This document shows, piece by piece, positions 25,760 to 38,645 of a stretch of 64,000 nucleotides of DNA (the stretch's first letter is position 1; every line of letters begins with the position of its first letter). Position numbers and translations under genes: made by a program. The notes below the pieces were generated by a model, which worked only from the letters and a program-made list of their open reading frames with translations, was not told where the DNA came from and did no database searches. The stretch comes from Podarcis liolepis (Eukaryota), in assembly GCA_965112155.1 (NCBI GenBank), contig OZ218101.1, one strand, 5' to 3'.

Positions 25760-26010
25760 TGAGAACATAACAAGCCCTGCTGCAGCTGACTAAAGGCCCA
25801 TATAGTCCAGCATCCTATTCTCACAGTGGCCAACCACATGTCTATGGGAAGCTGACAAATGGAATAAAAGCACGCTTCCCGCTCTGCAACTGGTATTCAG
25901 AGGCCCTCAATCTCCAACACTGGGCACAGAACACAATCATCACTACTAGCAGCCTCTGCTTATCCTCCATCAATCTGCCTATTCCCCTTTTAAAGCTGTC
26001 CAAAGCTATC
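25760..26010 (-). mobile_element. CR1 (older subfamily) 3' fragment
   Basis: AGAACATAACAAGCCCTGCTG...AAAGGCCCATATAGTCCAGCATCCT...CCTTTTAAAGCTGTCCAAG. Confidence 0.7.
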
Positions 26011-26491
26011 CACACTGAACACACAGAACCCAAACAAAAACAAACCATGGGGCAAACAACACATGACAGGAACCTATGAATTTCTTTTAAAGATATTGGT
26101 AACCTCACGTCATCTCTTTGGGAAAAACACCCAGGGAGGACTGAATTTTGTGGACAAACATTAGGAATTAGCTAGGTAAACCCTCCTTTTGGGTTCTGAT
26201 TTACAGCCTTTGATTGTACTTCACTGTCAAAACTCCCAAAACAGAAAATTAGAAAAGCAAGTTGGTGTAATGTTTGCCCCATTGTCCCTTTGAGTTGTTA
26301 GGAATGGGAAGGTGAAGCAGTGGGCTCATGTAGTGTAGGAAGAGCTTACACTCCACTGGCAACTCTCTGTTCTCTCACAGGATAACAGGATTCATATTAT
26401 GTGAAGCCGCGGCTTTGAAATGACAAGCTCATGACCCAGAAAATTGCTGGATACTGGTGGACTGGCTACTAGTGAGAGTTTACAGAACACA

Positions 26492-26892
26492 GGCTGTGTT
26501 CACACATCATTCTAAGTCAAACCATGGTATAACACGAATGCATGAATGTGCTGGCTCCCTGGGAGGAGACTGCTTCCATTTTGCTCCTCCTCAATTCTTT
26601 CAACGCAACATGGCAGCTAAGATTTGGCTTAGTGTGTCATCTGAACGTGGGACTGTGCTTAAAACTCTCTCCTCCTTAACCATGATCTGCAGAAAACCTT
26701 GGCTAGATATCATGGTTAAGAAAAGAGCTTAACCAAAATCCCATGTTTGGATGACACACTAAGCCAAGCCTCGACTTAACTAACACAGCACACTAAAAAC
26801 TAAGAGGCCTAGGAAGGAACAAAGGAGAATCAGTATGTTCAGGCAGTCTCAGTAAGCCACAGTTTAGCTTACAGTGTGACATGTTAACCAGG
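26492..26892. mobile_element. ~400-bp foldback element with strong central hairpin
   Basis: 26624-26686 pairs with 26709-26767, including the perfect arms TTGGCTTAGTGTGTCAT/ATGACACACTAAGCCAA and CTTAACCATGAT/ATCATGGTTAAG; degenerate outer inverted ends. Confidence 0.65.
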
Positions 26893-28165
26893 CTACTACA
26901 ACTCACAAGGTTAAGGAGGTTTCACTTTTAGGCCAAGTACTGAAAATGACAGGCAGGACAAAAGAATAAATATTTCCTTAGCTGAAGAGTTGGACACCTT
27001 GAACACTTCTTTTAACCTTAAAATACCAAGTATTTTCATATGACAGTAAAATTTTCTATAGCTGAATTCAAGGTCATAAAAGTTTTAAGGTTCTTCAATA
27101 ATTACAATTCACTAATATCAATTTTCAATAGCATGACTCATGTTGATAAGATGACTGAATTTAATCACTCCTCTCCCTCAGTCTAATTATTTACCTACTT
27201 TACCACACAAGGACAAATAATTTGTGATAGAGCCGGCTGAATAATATCTCTAATGAATTTGATTTTGTTGGTGGTGGTGGAAGTCCTCACCTGTTCTGTT
27301 AAACAAGCTCAGAGACCATGAGTATATATTGTAAAAGGTACAGCAGCAAGAAATTCCATCCCCCAAGAACAGCCACGTCTTGTTTATCATAAAGAGAGAA
27401 TGTGAACACCTACAGATCACAGATGTGCAAGTGCTGTTATTTTTAGAGCTGATTTAAAATAACTTCATCGCCAACTGCACTTAAGGCAAGAATGAATTGT
27501 GACTTTCTAAAACATGGATTTAGCACTCCTTTTTAAAGGGTCCATTATAATTAAAATAATAGCAAACTGCTTGAATTGATAGGTGACACATAGTGCTTGC
27601 ACACTTTTAGAGCCTGCCTATAAAGCAACTCTCTACACTCCTGGCTGGATATTGTGCCAGTCAACTAAATCACACAAAGTAGAAAAGATAGGTATATAAT
27701 TTAACCATTTAGGTTGCCTTTTCTGCCATTAAGTCTTTCAAACTGGATTACAGCCCATAGTTAAAATATAATTTTAAAAAACACTTAAAATTAACCAGTG
27801 AACTAACTAGAGTTTATTTTTTAAAAAACACTGGCGTATCAAGAATTAGCAACAAATTATAAAAAAAATAAAATCGGAGCCCACAAAAGTTCTGCTGCAA
27901 AATGTACGTTTTAACCGACCACCTGAAACTCTGAACTGAACAAGAATGATACGATTTCCCTTGGGAAGACTTTTCACATACAAGTTCCATCTTGTTTTAT
28001 TTATAACCGCCACTGCTTAATTTATGTAACGACAGATTGGTTTTATTAAACTATTGTTTAATAGTTGCCAAATGATATTTGCATCCGTGAATATACTGTA
28101 AAGATCTCTGTGAAGGCTGGTCTTCAAAAGCAGAACACTCATGTTAAATAACTAAGCAAGCTCAC

Positions 28166-28458
28166 CTGTGAACCACCCCTGCACGATGTAGGTGTTCAAC
28201 AGCCAAGATAAGCTGCCGGATGTATTTGCGTGCTTCATGCTCTTCCAGCCTCTTTTTCTCATAGATTTTGTGCATCAGGTTGCCTCCTGGGCAAAGCTCC
28301 ATAACAAGGTAGTAGCTGTTTTCCGTTTCCAAGATATCCAGCAGCTGAGCAATGTAAGGGTGTCGGATCATCTGCTGGATCTGTCCCTCCCGCCTCAGAT
28401 TCTTGGTGACATAGGTGTCCTTTTTGGCTCTTTTCTTATCAATAACTTTCACTGCCAC
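28166..28458 (-). CDS. HUNK: HUNK coding exon 2 (293 nt): VAVK to HR
   Basis: cag|GTG GCA GTG AAA; VAVKVIDKKRAKKDTYVTKNLRREGQIQQMIRHP...AVEHLHRAGVVHR; donor AG|gtgag, phase 2. Confidence 0.98.
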
Positions 28459-31430
28459 CTGATGGGAAAGAAAGACAAGCCAAAGTTATTATTACTATTC
28501 TTGTTATTGCTCCTAACTCCAACTGTTCAATCATAATATTAACCTGAAAAAAGTGGGAAAAAACGCAGAAAGAAGGAACTGGATGGGGGGAAAGTGAGAG
28601 CTGAATTATACGAATATAATCTTAATCCTCCAGTGACGCGGTCTTACATATATGGTGTTTGCTTTAAACAATTGTCAATGTTGTGTTTAAAATTGTTGTT
28701 CCTACCCTGGGACCTTACGCTGAAAAGTGGCTAGTGCATTTATAAATATTATTATTATTAATATTACTGTACCTCCAAATGCAATACTAATTTAATTATG
28801 TCCAACACAGTTGTGTAAGAAGGAATTTGTGACTTCTAAGCAATCCAATGCTAAGCATTTGGTGGTCAGCAGAACCCTCAAAAGCAAAACCTCCGGTACT
28901 TAATTCCTACTATATTGAATGTTATTTTTCTAATTTACACAAATAAGTAAATGTGAGGTATCCAACAAATATCCTTTTATTTTAAATTGACTTCTGTATC
29001 TTGATTCCAATTATTTAATTACTAAGCATTTGCATTTACATAACCTAAAAGCAGATTTCTAGGTCACAAGCATCTACTGATGTTTATTATGACATCTATG
29101 GTATGAGCAGCAAAAGAATTATACTAATAACCATTCCTCTTTCGCAGCCTATTTCTTCAGAGTCCTATGGCAAGGGAAATGATCATACCTTGCAAATGAG
29201 ATCTATTAGCTCATTGTTCATTACTGCCAGCTTATTAGAATCGAAAAGGGAACTCGCTGTTCTTTCATGCTGTTGAGCTTTGCACTGAAATCAGTTTAAA
29301 AGGTTCCTGCCCATACAAAACAAAATCCAAAGTGGTGAAGACTCTTAGTTTAGTGGTAGAGCACATAGTCTTCATGCGAAAAGTCCCAAGTTTAATCCCC
29401 AGCATCTCCAAATGGGACTCTAGCTTTGATGGACCCCAGACAACCTATCCTCTGGCAGGCCAACCTACATAGCTGCAACGGAAATGTTTCAATCAGTGCT
29501 GGTGCCTGGCTCTAGCTACCCTTTCCCATGATGCTTCTGACCATTGTGGAACATTGACACAATGGCTGGATTCAGTCACATGAGGCACTTCTTGGAATTC
29601 TTGTTAATTACACGTTTCTTCAAGTATAACACCTTTAGGCCAAATCTATCACCCCAATGTCAAGTCTGCATTACACTAATGTTCTTTTCCTTGTCAACTT
29701 ATAAGATCTCTTGAAAAGCACAATAACCTTCACTATATCTACATTTAATAATACTGCCCAAGCTACAGGATCACCCTGATTTCAATAGCCTTTTCCTGAA
29801 AAGTTGCTGAGGTGATGACAATAAACATTAGTTCAAACAAGAAAAGTAGCTCTCAAAAGCAGCCTCTAGGATACAGATGACAGAAAAGGAGCAGATGAGT
29901 TGCTGATGTGGAAGACTCAATGGCAGCTTACACTCCCAGTGCTTCCAGTTTTCTATGCCTGAGAATGAGTGATTAATCTTTCTATGTCCAGTGTGAAAAG
30001 TTGCCTGGGGGAAACTAATGGAAAGGGGATGGGCTGGCCAGGCCAGCTGACAAGGCCTGCAAAACTGAGCAATAATTAGTTTTAACTAGATAACACAAAG
30101 GTCAAGCAATGCTCACAAGGCAGCTGCACGATGGAAATTAACATTTGCAAAAATGCCAGGAAGCAACATATCACTGTGTTGAAATGAGGTAGTTTGGTTA
30201 CAACTTAAAACACTGAAAATCACAACTTCCTTTGCACTGTTAAATGTGGAGTGAGGGTAGACTCAGGCAACCAGGAACTACTAAACCTCCATGTTCACAT
30301 AGAGAGGCATTGAAGCAGTTCCCACATGGTTAACAGTCATCTGAATCCACTGTCTTAAACCAAAAAAAACTGAATGTGCTTTTCTCCCAATGAAGTTAGA
30401 ACAATAACTCAGATTAGCATAATGTGTTTAAACAAGCCATCCTTAAGGATTAGTCTGCTGAGGACAAATTAATTCATGCATATTGAAAGGTTGTTTCCTG
30501 TTGGCAGAATAGGAAATACCACTTGCAGGTGGAAACAGAAAAAGTAGTGTTGGTTTCCCCCAGGACTGAAAGACACAGGAAGAAACAGAAATCTGTTGTT
30601 TGAAGTGCTTTATGAATCACATCTCTCCCATACCAACAAGTCATCCCTACCTCACTGAATATAACAGTTCATTGTTGAACACCACTAAGAGGTGAACTAC
30701 ATGTTACATGCATGAAACAAAGAAAGCCCTGACAGGGTTTTTTTTAATGAAAAGCAATCTTAACATTCACATTGTTTTAAAACCTATTACAGTTGTTGTT
30801 ATTGTACAATTTTAAATAGCCTCAAGACTTAAGTGAACAGCAATAAATTAATAAAATAATTTTGATGGGGCCAAGCTCAACTGGCTCTGGTCGGTGGAGG
30901 CAACCAGGGCGGGGTGGTTTGTTAAGACCCAATAATCACAGAAATGTGTCTTACACCTCAAAGCACAACCTTGCAGTTTCCTTATTTAAACCCATCTGGA
31001 ATATTTGCTAAGTACTGGTGAAAACACAACGGCTTTCCTAACACCTACAAAACTCCAGAACCCAACGTAGGATTCTTCCATCAACTTTTGCTCTTAATTA
31101 CTAATATGATTACAATACAATTAACTGAATTAAAATTGTTTGCAAAATCAAAGTATTAAAATGTATTAATAACAACTGAAATTGAAGGTGTGCATATGAA
31201 AACATAGGTAAGTTAGTTTAACATCCTAAAAATGGCACTCAGATTACTTCCAGGTGAGGACTTAGTATGCAAATGGATCATTCAGTTATCTCAAATAGAT
31301 ACTGGTAGTTGTTTTTGTTTTTTACTAATCAGATTTTGCCTGGAAAGGGAAATGCAGATGAAATAGAAAAATATGAGCTGGTATCTGAATGCTAATGATG
31401 CCGTGTGGATGCAGGAAAAAACCTGCGTGC

Positions 31431-31798
31431 ATGAATCATAGAATCATAGAATTGGAATAGACCACAAGGGCCATCGAGTCCAACCCCCTGCCAAGCAGGA
31501 AACACCATCAGAGCACTCCTGACATATGGTTGTCAAGCCTCTGCTTAAAGACCTCCAAAGTAGGAGACTCCACCACACTCCTTGGCAGCAAATTCCACTG
31601 TCGAACAGCTCTTACTGTCAGGAAGTTCTTCCTAATGTTTAGGTGGAATCTTCTTTCTTGTAGTTTGGATCCATTGCTCCGTGTCCGCTTCTCTGGAGCA
31701 GCAGAAAACAACCTTTCTCCCTCCTCTATATGACATCCTTCTATATATTTGAACATGGCTATCATATCACCCCTTAACCTCCTCTTCTCCAGGCTAAA
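31431..31798 (-). mobile_element. 5'-truncated CR1 LINE (ORF2 C-terminus plus 3' UTR), probably young
   Basis: Uninterrupted FSLEKRRLRGDMIAMFKYIEG...RFHLNIRKNFLTVRAVRQWNLLPRSVVESPTLEVFKQRLDNHMSGVL*; (ATTCTATG)n terminus. Confidence 0.95.
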
Positions 31799-33256
31799 TG
31801 AAGAACACAATAGGCATCCATCTGGAACCACGCTTAGACAATTTGCTATATTCTTTTACCGCTCAATCCTATGCATGTCTACTTGAAAATAAGCCTAACT
31901 GCGTTTAATGGGGTTTATTCCCAATGGAAATGCAAACAACCTTCCATGTATGGTATCATACCCTAATACAACCTTGTGCCCACCAGACTGCTCTTTACAC
32001 ATAGCTATTTCATCTGCATCACAATGCTTTGATGAGGGGGGCGAACTAAAAGTAGCACTTATTTCTTAGAAGTTATGGTGTGCTTGTACATAATAAATGC
32101 ATATGAGCTAATTAATTTTGCCTCACAAGTCTGTTGCAAAATTCAACTGGGTAGGAGAAGGGTAAGGCTGAAAGTTTTTTTAAAAAAAACAACAACAACT
32201 TGGCTTATTTAGACCATTTTTCTTTAATCCCGCTCTTTGTAAACACCCCATGGTGCTGGGACCTCCTTCTCCTTATATGCTTTATGTGCAACTCTGGTTT
32301 TACTTCCAATAAATAATTCAAGTCCTGGCGTTCGTAAAATATCCTGCTGGTGGGAAACAAAACACCAGCTCCCACAATTAAATTGAGAAAAGGCTTTAAA
32401 AAGCAAAGACAAGTTTACTGTAAAGCTGAACTTCAGTGGTATGGAAAATCACTGAAAGCAGTCAAGCTTTATAAAGAGCCCAAATCCTTATGCAGAACCT
32501 GGGGTGTGGGGTTTTTTTGCCGTGTAAATGTCCATTTCCCTTTACAACTTTTCCTGAGAAGTCCCAGAGTCTTCTAGTTAAAGTATACTGTAATCTGAAT
32601 GAATATAAATGTAACTGGGAATTTCTTTTACAAAAAAGCACCCTCCCTAATATTTACCAGTACTGTACTGTGTTATTTTCTCATATGGCAAATCCAAATG
32701 ATTACAGGATGTTAGTTTACCATTTTCAGTGCCCTGAAGTGGGCATGAAAAACTCTGTCTTGCAGGGACAGCAAGGATTGCTAGGGTACGTTGCTGGGAC
32801 AGTGGGATGCTTTACTGTAGCACTGGAGAAGCCTGAGAAACAGGAGAACTTCTCCACAGCTTCAAGGAAATAGGTCAATGGACTTTCCCAGAAACTGGAG
32901 TGAAGTGTGGTGCTCCAAAAAATCAGTCTGTCTGGCTTGAGGGCCTACAACCCATTGGTTAAAGAGGAGCATCAAGGGAAGACTTAGGATTCGGAGAAGC
33001 ACATGGGGAAAGGACAAAAAAAATGGCTGGAAGGGAATTGTCACTTATGCACATTGACCATACAAATGATCTCTGCTTCATGTAAGGGAGTTAGTGCTTC
33101 ATCCTCAACCAGTTTGGGTGTGTACAGGTGTATTATGTTATAAATAGCAGGCAGGGTGAATATACATGTACCATTCACAACAGAGATGTACTTTTCCCAG
33201 CTGCAGTGAAACTTTACATAATAACACTTTTTCAGATTTTCACCTAAAAATTAGGT

Positions 33257-33305
33257 TGGATAGTGCGCAGAGGACGGCAACCAAGATGATCAAGGGTCTG
33301 GAAAC
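33257..33305 (+). mobile_element. Isolated ~50-bp internal CR1 ORF2 fragment
   Basis: GCAGAGGACGGCAACCAAGATGATCAAGGGTCTGGAAAC = QRTATKMIKGLE, matching the CR1 VQRRATKMIKGLE motif. Confidence 0.7.
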
Positions 33306-33742
33306 CTAAAATAAATATCTTCTTATTGAAAGATTCTCCTTCTTGCTTTCATGTCTCATGATTATAAAACAGAAAATCCCTGAAGTCTAAGGTCTGAGGG
33401 CAAAACCTAAGGTCAGATTCCTCAGATGCTTGTCTAACCATGTACCAGTTCATGATTTTATGACAGTGTAAACCAATGCTTAACTTTAAGATTAGGCTGC
33501 TTTTTAAGATTAGACTGTAATGCTTTACACATCAGGATAAAATGACTCCATTCCCCTGCACAATTTCCCCCCAGATTCTCTTACAAAATGATGTCATATC
33601 ATCAAATACTTAAAAAAATTATTCAATGCACATTAGATTTGATGACACATTTACATTCGCCAGCAAATACCTTTTTTGGTTTCAAGGATTTCAAAACTGA
33701 GGTGCACATTAGATTTGATGGCGCATTAGACTCAAGTAAATA

Positions 33743-33973
33743 CAGTGGCACCTCGGGTTAAAAACTTAATTCGTTCTGGAGGTCTGTTCTTAACCTGAAA
33801 CTGTTCTTAACCTGAAGCACCACTTTAGCTAAGGGGGCCTCCCACTGCCGCCACATGATTTCTGTTCTCATCCTGAAGCAAAGTTCTTAACCCGAGGTAC
33901 TATTTCTGGGTTAGTGGAGTCTGTAACCTGAAGTGTCTGTAACCTGAAGCGTCTGTAACCTGAGGTACCACCG
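33743..33973. mobile_element. Tc1/mariner (pogo-like) MITE, 231 bp, TA TSD
   Basis: TA|CAGTGGCACCTCGGGTTA...TAACCTGAGGTACCACCG|TA; subterminal tandem TCTGTAACCTGA x3 and GTTCTTAACCTGAA x2. Confidence 0.9.
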
Positions 33974-36500
33974 TACAGTATTTTTGCTGATAGGAGCAGA
34001 TCAGGACAGAAATCCAAATACAATGCAAGCTGCTAAATTTATCATCACAGCTCTATGTTTCTAAGACATTGTGCCAAATTGTCAGATTCAGTCATAGTAA
34101 TTTGGAGCAGACCTGAGTGAAGACTGCAGCCTGCAGGTCCACTCCCCAAGCCCCGCCCACAGGCCGCCATGGATAGGCTAGATTTGAAATACCGGCCACC
34201 CATGATGCTCTGTGGCAGCCGGGGAAGCTTCCAATGGCCGAAACAACATGGCAAGGTGTTGGAGGTGCCGCAGCGAGTCGCAACAGCTGGCCACCCTGAA
34301 ATCAAGTAAGTGGCCATTCTAGCACTGAAATTTGTTTGAATGTTGCATGTTTCCCCTCTCTAGCTCTAATCAAACATCTACTCCATTTCCCCCAGCCCCA
34401 TTTTAAATAGGGGTAGATAGTGGCCCCTACTCTCATCCACTGCATGATCAATGGACAGCATATTGTCATCTCTGAATCGGAAGTTCAAACTATCTCACAA
34501 GCACTGAAATTCAGTCCCAGTGGCAATCTCCATCCCATCTGTTTTATTATACAGTAAACAGTAACTGAGTGAGTGGAGGCTTATAGTTAAAAGCTGCATC
34601 TTCAGATTTAATCATTTAAGGATGGAACTATTCAAGGATTAGAGATGGTGTCAGATTCATTTGGTATTTGTTCTTTACTGCTTGTTCTGGTAATTAAAAA
34701 GACTGAAGGACACAAAACAGAACATTTCAATGCAGCCTACAAAGCTTTTTTTCAAAAAACCACACACGCGCACACACAACCAACCCTGAGGTTTATAAGT
34801 TTAAGAAAAGGATTTTCAAACCAAATCCATGTCTTGAAATAGATCAACACTTTCCCCAAATAAAAAAGGGAAATCCTTCAGTGCAAGTTGCCAGGCTGTG
34901 AACTGTGTACACACAGCTGTAACTACTCTGTTCCCAAGAGAGGTGGGATTCAAAGGAATGTTCTTTTACTGCTTCAAGATAACATTTCTTGCATTACAAG
35001 CCAAATTTGGTAAGGCACTTAAACATGAGCCTTACTTTAATTTCAGGAGTAGTTCCAGTGAAATGGAAGCAATTTAAGTGACTCCCATACTTTCTGTAAG
35101 GGCAGTTCCCATGACTCAATAGATGAGTTGTGAATGTGTGTTAGAATGTAAGAAATGACTTGCTGGATTAGAACAAAGGACAATGAAGTTCAGCACCTTG
35201 CCTCCAACAGTGATCAGTCAGATGCCCTTACAAAATTCACAAGCAGAACATTCCCTGTTGTTTGTTCTTTGCATTTGGCGACCATAACACATGATTATTC
35301 TGTGCAGTACAGTACTTCTACTTCTTTCCTCAAGGCTTAACGATTCCCAAGCCCTTCAATTACAATATTTTGTTTCTAGGAAAATTCTATTCACCCCCCC
35401 AATAGAGTATCTATTGCATCTATGATTGCTGTGTAGAATGAGGTAGTATGAGCATTATGGGTATTTGCTGAATTTGACATCATTTGTGATTAGTGACAAT
35501 TTGCTCACCCATGGTCACCTTTCAAATAAATTGTTTATTTACTGCTCTTTTACATGATAAGGCTTAAACAATGCACACTTACCTATGAATATGTCATTCC
35601 ACCACTGCAGCACACAACAGTAGGATTGCTTATGTAGCCATTCAAAAAAAATGAAGAGATAAACACCAGCAAGGTTACTTCTACCACAAAAATATTTGGC
35701 ACTTTGGAAGCTTTTTCTTTCTTAAAATTATATGAAGACTAGAAGCCCATCTCCCTCATTGCTAGGGTGTGTATACTCTCATATCTTTTTGAAGGTGGTA
35801 GACAAGAGTACAGCTAATCAACCCCCACCCGTTGTTGCACATATCCAAGTTTTGTGATACAGCTCTCTCTTTAAAAATACACAAAATGCCTAGAAAGCAC
35901 CATTTCAAGAAAACACACTCAGAAATAGATTTAAAGGGTTAAAAGCAAAATGCATTCTGATTTACATATTCTTATATGTAGATAGGAGAGAATCCTTCAT
36001 GCTTTTTGAAAGAACAAACTACTGTTCAATGCAGAAACACAATGGAATAAAAAATCAATGAATCAAAAAATGGAAAGAATATTTCCATTCAAATGCATTT
36101 GCCTTCAAATATAAATTGCAACAAATTTTAAAATATGTAATTATTATCATTTATCTAAAATCTAAATAATAGTCATTCAAGTCAATGAAGTCACATGCAT
36201 TCGCAATGCTTTCTCTAGCATTAAACTTTGGTAAAGCCAAAGGTTTCTACTTTATCGCTGACTTCATTGTTGTTGTTATATTATTCCGATAAATATTCTT
36301 TCATTCTGCATGCACAACAGAACCTGCAATTCTTTGTTTAGGGCAGAGTTCGCTAATCCTGCACCCACGGGCACCAGATTGGTGCCAGCTCTGCTATAGA
36401 AAGAAAGATATTGGGCAAATTAGAGTGGTGTGGCTACCTTGCATATTTTTCCTAGTGCTGAAGAATGTTCCCTATTGTTGTTAGACAGCAACAGCATCAT

Positions 36501-36547
<47 letters not shown>
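36501..36547. repeat. Compound (TG)n(AG)n microsatellite
   Basis: Directly visible. Confidence 0.95.
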
Positions 36548-36551
<4 letters not shown>

Positions 36552-38610
36552 CTCCATAATCGGGACCAACAGGATACAGCTGACTTCCTGTGGTAAGCAT
36601 AAGGCTGTTGGGAGTGGTTGTCTCTCTAATTTTGTGTTATGCCACAGCCCCCATGGCAGCCATTTTGTTACTGATGCCGCCATCACTATCAAAATTTGAA
36701 ATGTGCCCACTAGGTTGGCAATCCCTGTTTTAAGTCGTTAAAAATCCCTTCTAAGTTACCAGGCTATGCTAACAACCTTCCCCTCATGACAAGTGTCCAT
36801 TCCTTCTCTCTCTCTTTAAAGTGGGAGACAGGAGAATTACTACCCCCACCCACCCCTGAAGCAAGAATTACGTTTCTCATATTATAGTATCAGCAACAGA
36901 AATTTAACATCTGAAGTTAGTTAATTTGCTCAATAATTCACCAGATATTTTCCAAACAAGGATTCTGGCATTACATAAATAATGTGAAACATGCATGCTC
37001 CTTGTGCCATTAAAAACTAGAAATCCAGGTTAAGCTTAAAATACTGTTGACAAAGAGGAAAGGAATTTCAATGGGCAGTTGCAGAAATGAATGAGGAGTC
37101 TTGTGCATGATTGCTGTGACAGATGAAATACCTGTTAAGACAAGCATGGTCTGTTTCCTTTTGTTGACCAAAGCTGAATACTGTACATAACTGCCCATGA
37201 AGTAAATCAGGTTTCCAACTGCTATAAAACAGAGGTTTTTCTGGTCCTTTTAAGTTAGATGAACTAAGAAAACACAGAGCTCAAATAAAGCCAAACAAAA
37301 GTAATGCCTGGGTCACAAATGTATCCTACCTAGATGGTTTTGATAATAGAACAACTAGCCTTTTTAATGTTGCAAATGTCTTCTGTCACAATGAGATAGA
37401 TGAGACTTCTGAGATTACTTGTGGCAAAACAAAAGCAGAAAACCCATGCCAAGTAATAATGTTATTTTAATAGTCAAGCCTAACATGAAAATACTTGTTT
37501 GCAGAACTTACAAAATGACAACATTAATTGATCCATAAGACAGGATACATGTAAATGTTCCCATTTGAGATGTGGTGTTGAAATGTACATTTAGATATTC
37601 CAAAGCAGCAATGACTCAATGTTCTTTATAGTTTTTCTACAGCAAATGTATGTCATAGCAAAACAGCAGTACTGCTCTTTTGACACACAGGGGATTTCAG
37701 TTCTGGTATTACCAGCTATGCTGAATTATGGACTTGGGCAGCAGGATGCTTCAGTTGTGCGCACACAAGCAATCTTCCTCTCACTCTTTTGCCCAAGTGT
37801 GCTCCTGTACAATCCAGATGCTCCAAGAGAAACACAGAAATTACTTGCATGTAAGTAGACTGGCTGCCATTTCATGTTGTCAGCTGGGGCATTTGTTCAC
37901 AAGTATAACTGTTGACAAAGCGGGCTAAAGCTAGGCCCTTGACACAGAAGACGCGAACCTTGCCATGCAAGGAAGTCAACAAGGCTATGTTCCAGTTGTT
38001 AATTTGGATCCCATTTTTTTCTTTCTCAGGGAACAGATTAGAAGCTCGAGAGGTAGCATTCTCATTTTGAAATGGCATGTTTCAAGTTGAAGCGAACCTT
38101 GAACACATCTGCTGCCAACAAAGGTTCTAATTAAACGGTTTTTATAAGAACCTACCCTGTTTCACTCAAAAAAGTGTGTTATTGATAATGTTCTTAGCAC
38201 TGTTTTTGTCCAAATATTACTTGAGCATGGGGCTCAAATATCTGATGAGGGCCAAGTTACATGGGAATGCCTTTCCACCTCTTTATAGGCAACTCCCAAT
38301 TTACGTGGGGGGTTACGTTCCAAGGCACCACGTGTTTAAGTGAAATCACGTTTATTTGAAACACCATTGGAAAAGGCGGCAAAATCAGAAGAGTGTTTGA
38401 TATCTCATCCTCATGTACACCTCCGTCTTTAAACTTTCCCAGATATCTGTATGTGACAGACTAGCTGTCATTTCCCAACAGGAGAAGTATAATGGAGAAT
38501 GAGGCGTATTAGAGCACATTATGCACCTTTGGTGCTCTATGAGCTGAGGTACAGGGTGCCCCCCACCTGCATTTCTAAGCCAGAAAAGGGCTTGGGCTGA
38601 ATAAGAAATC

Positions 38611-38612
<2 letters not shown>

Positions 38613-38642
<30 letters not shown>
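38613..38642. repeat. (GA)n microsatellite
   Basis: Directly visible. Confidence 0.95.

Positions 38643-38645
<3 letters not shown>

Noticed and set aside
33780-33965. Short direct repeats suggestive of a CRISPR-like array
   Set aside because: Eukaryotic DNA; these are subterminal repeats of a MITE with no unique spacers and no cas genes.
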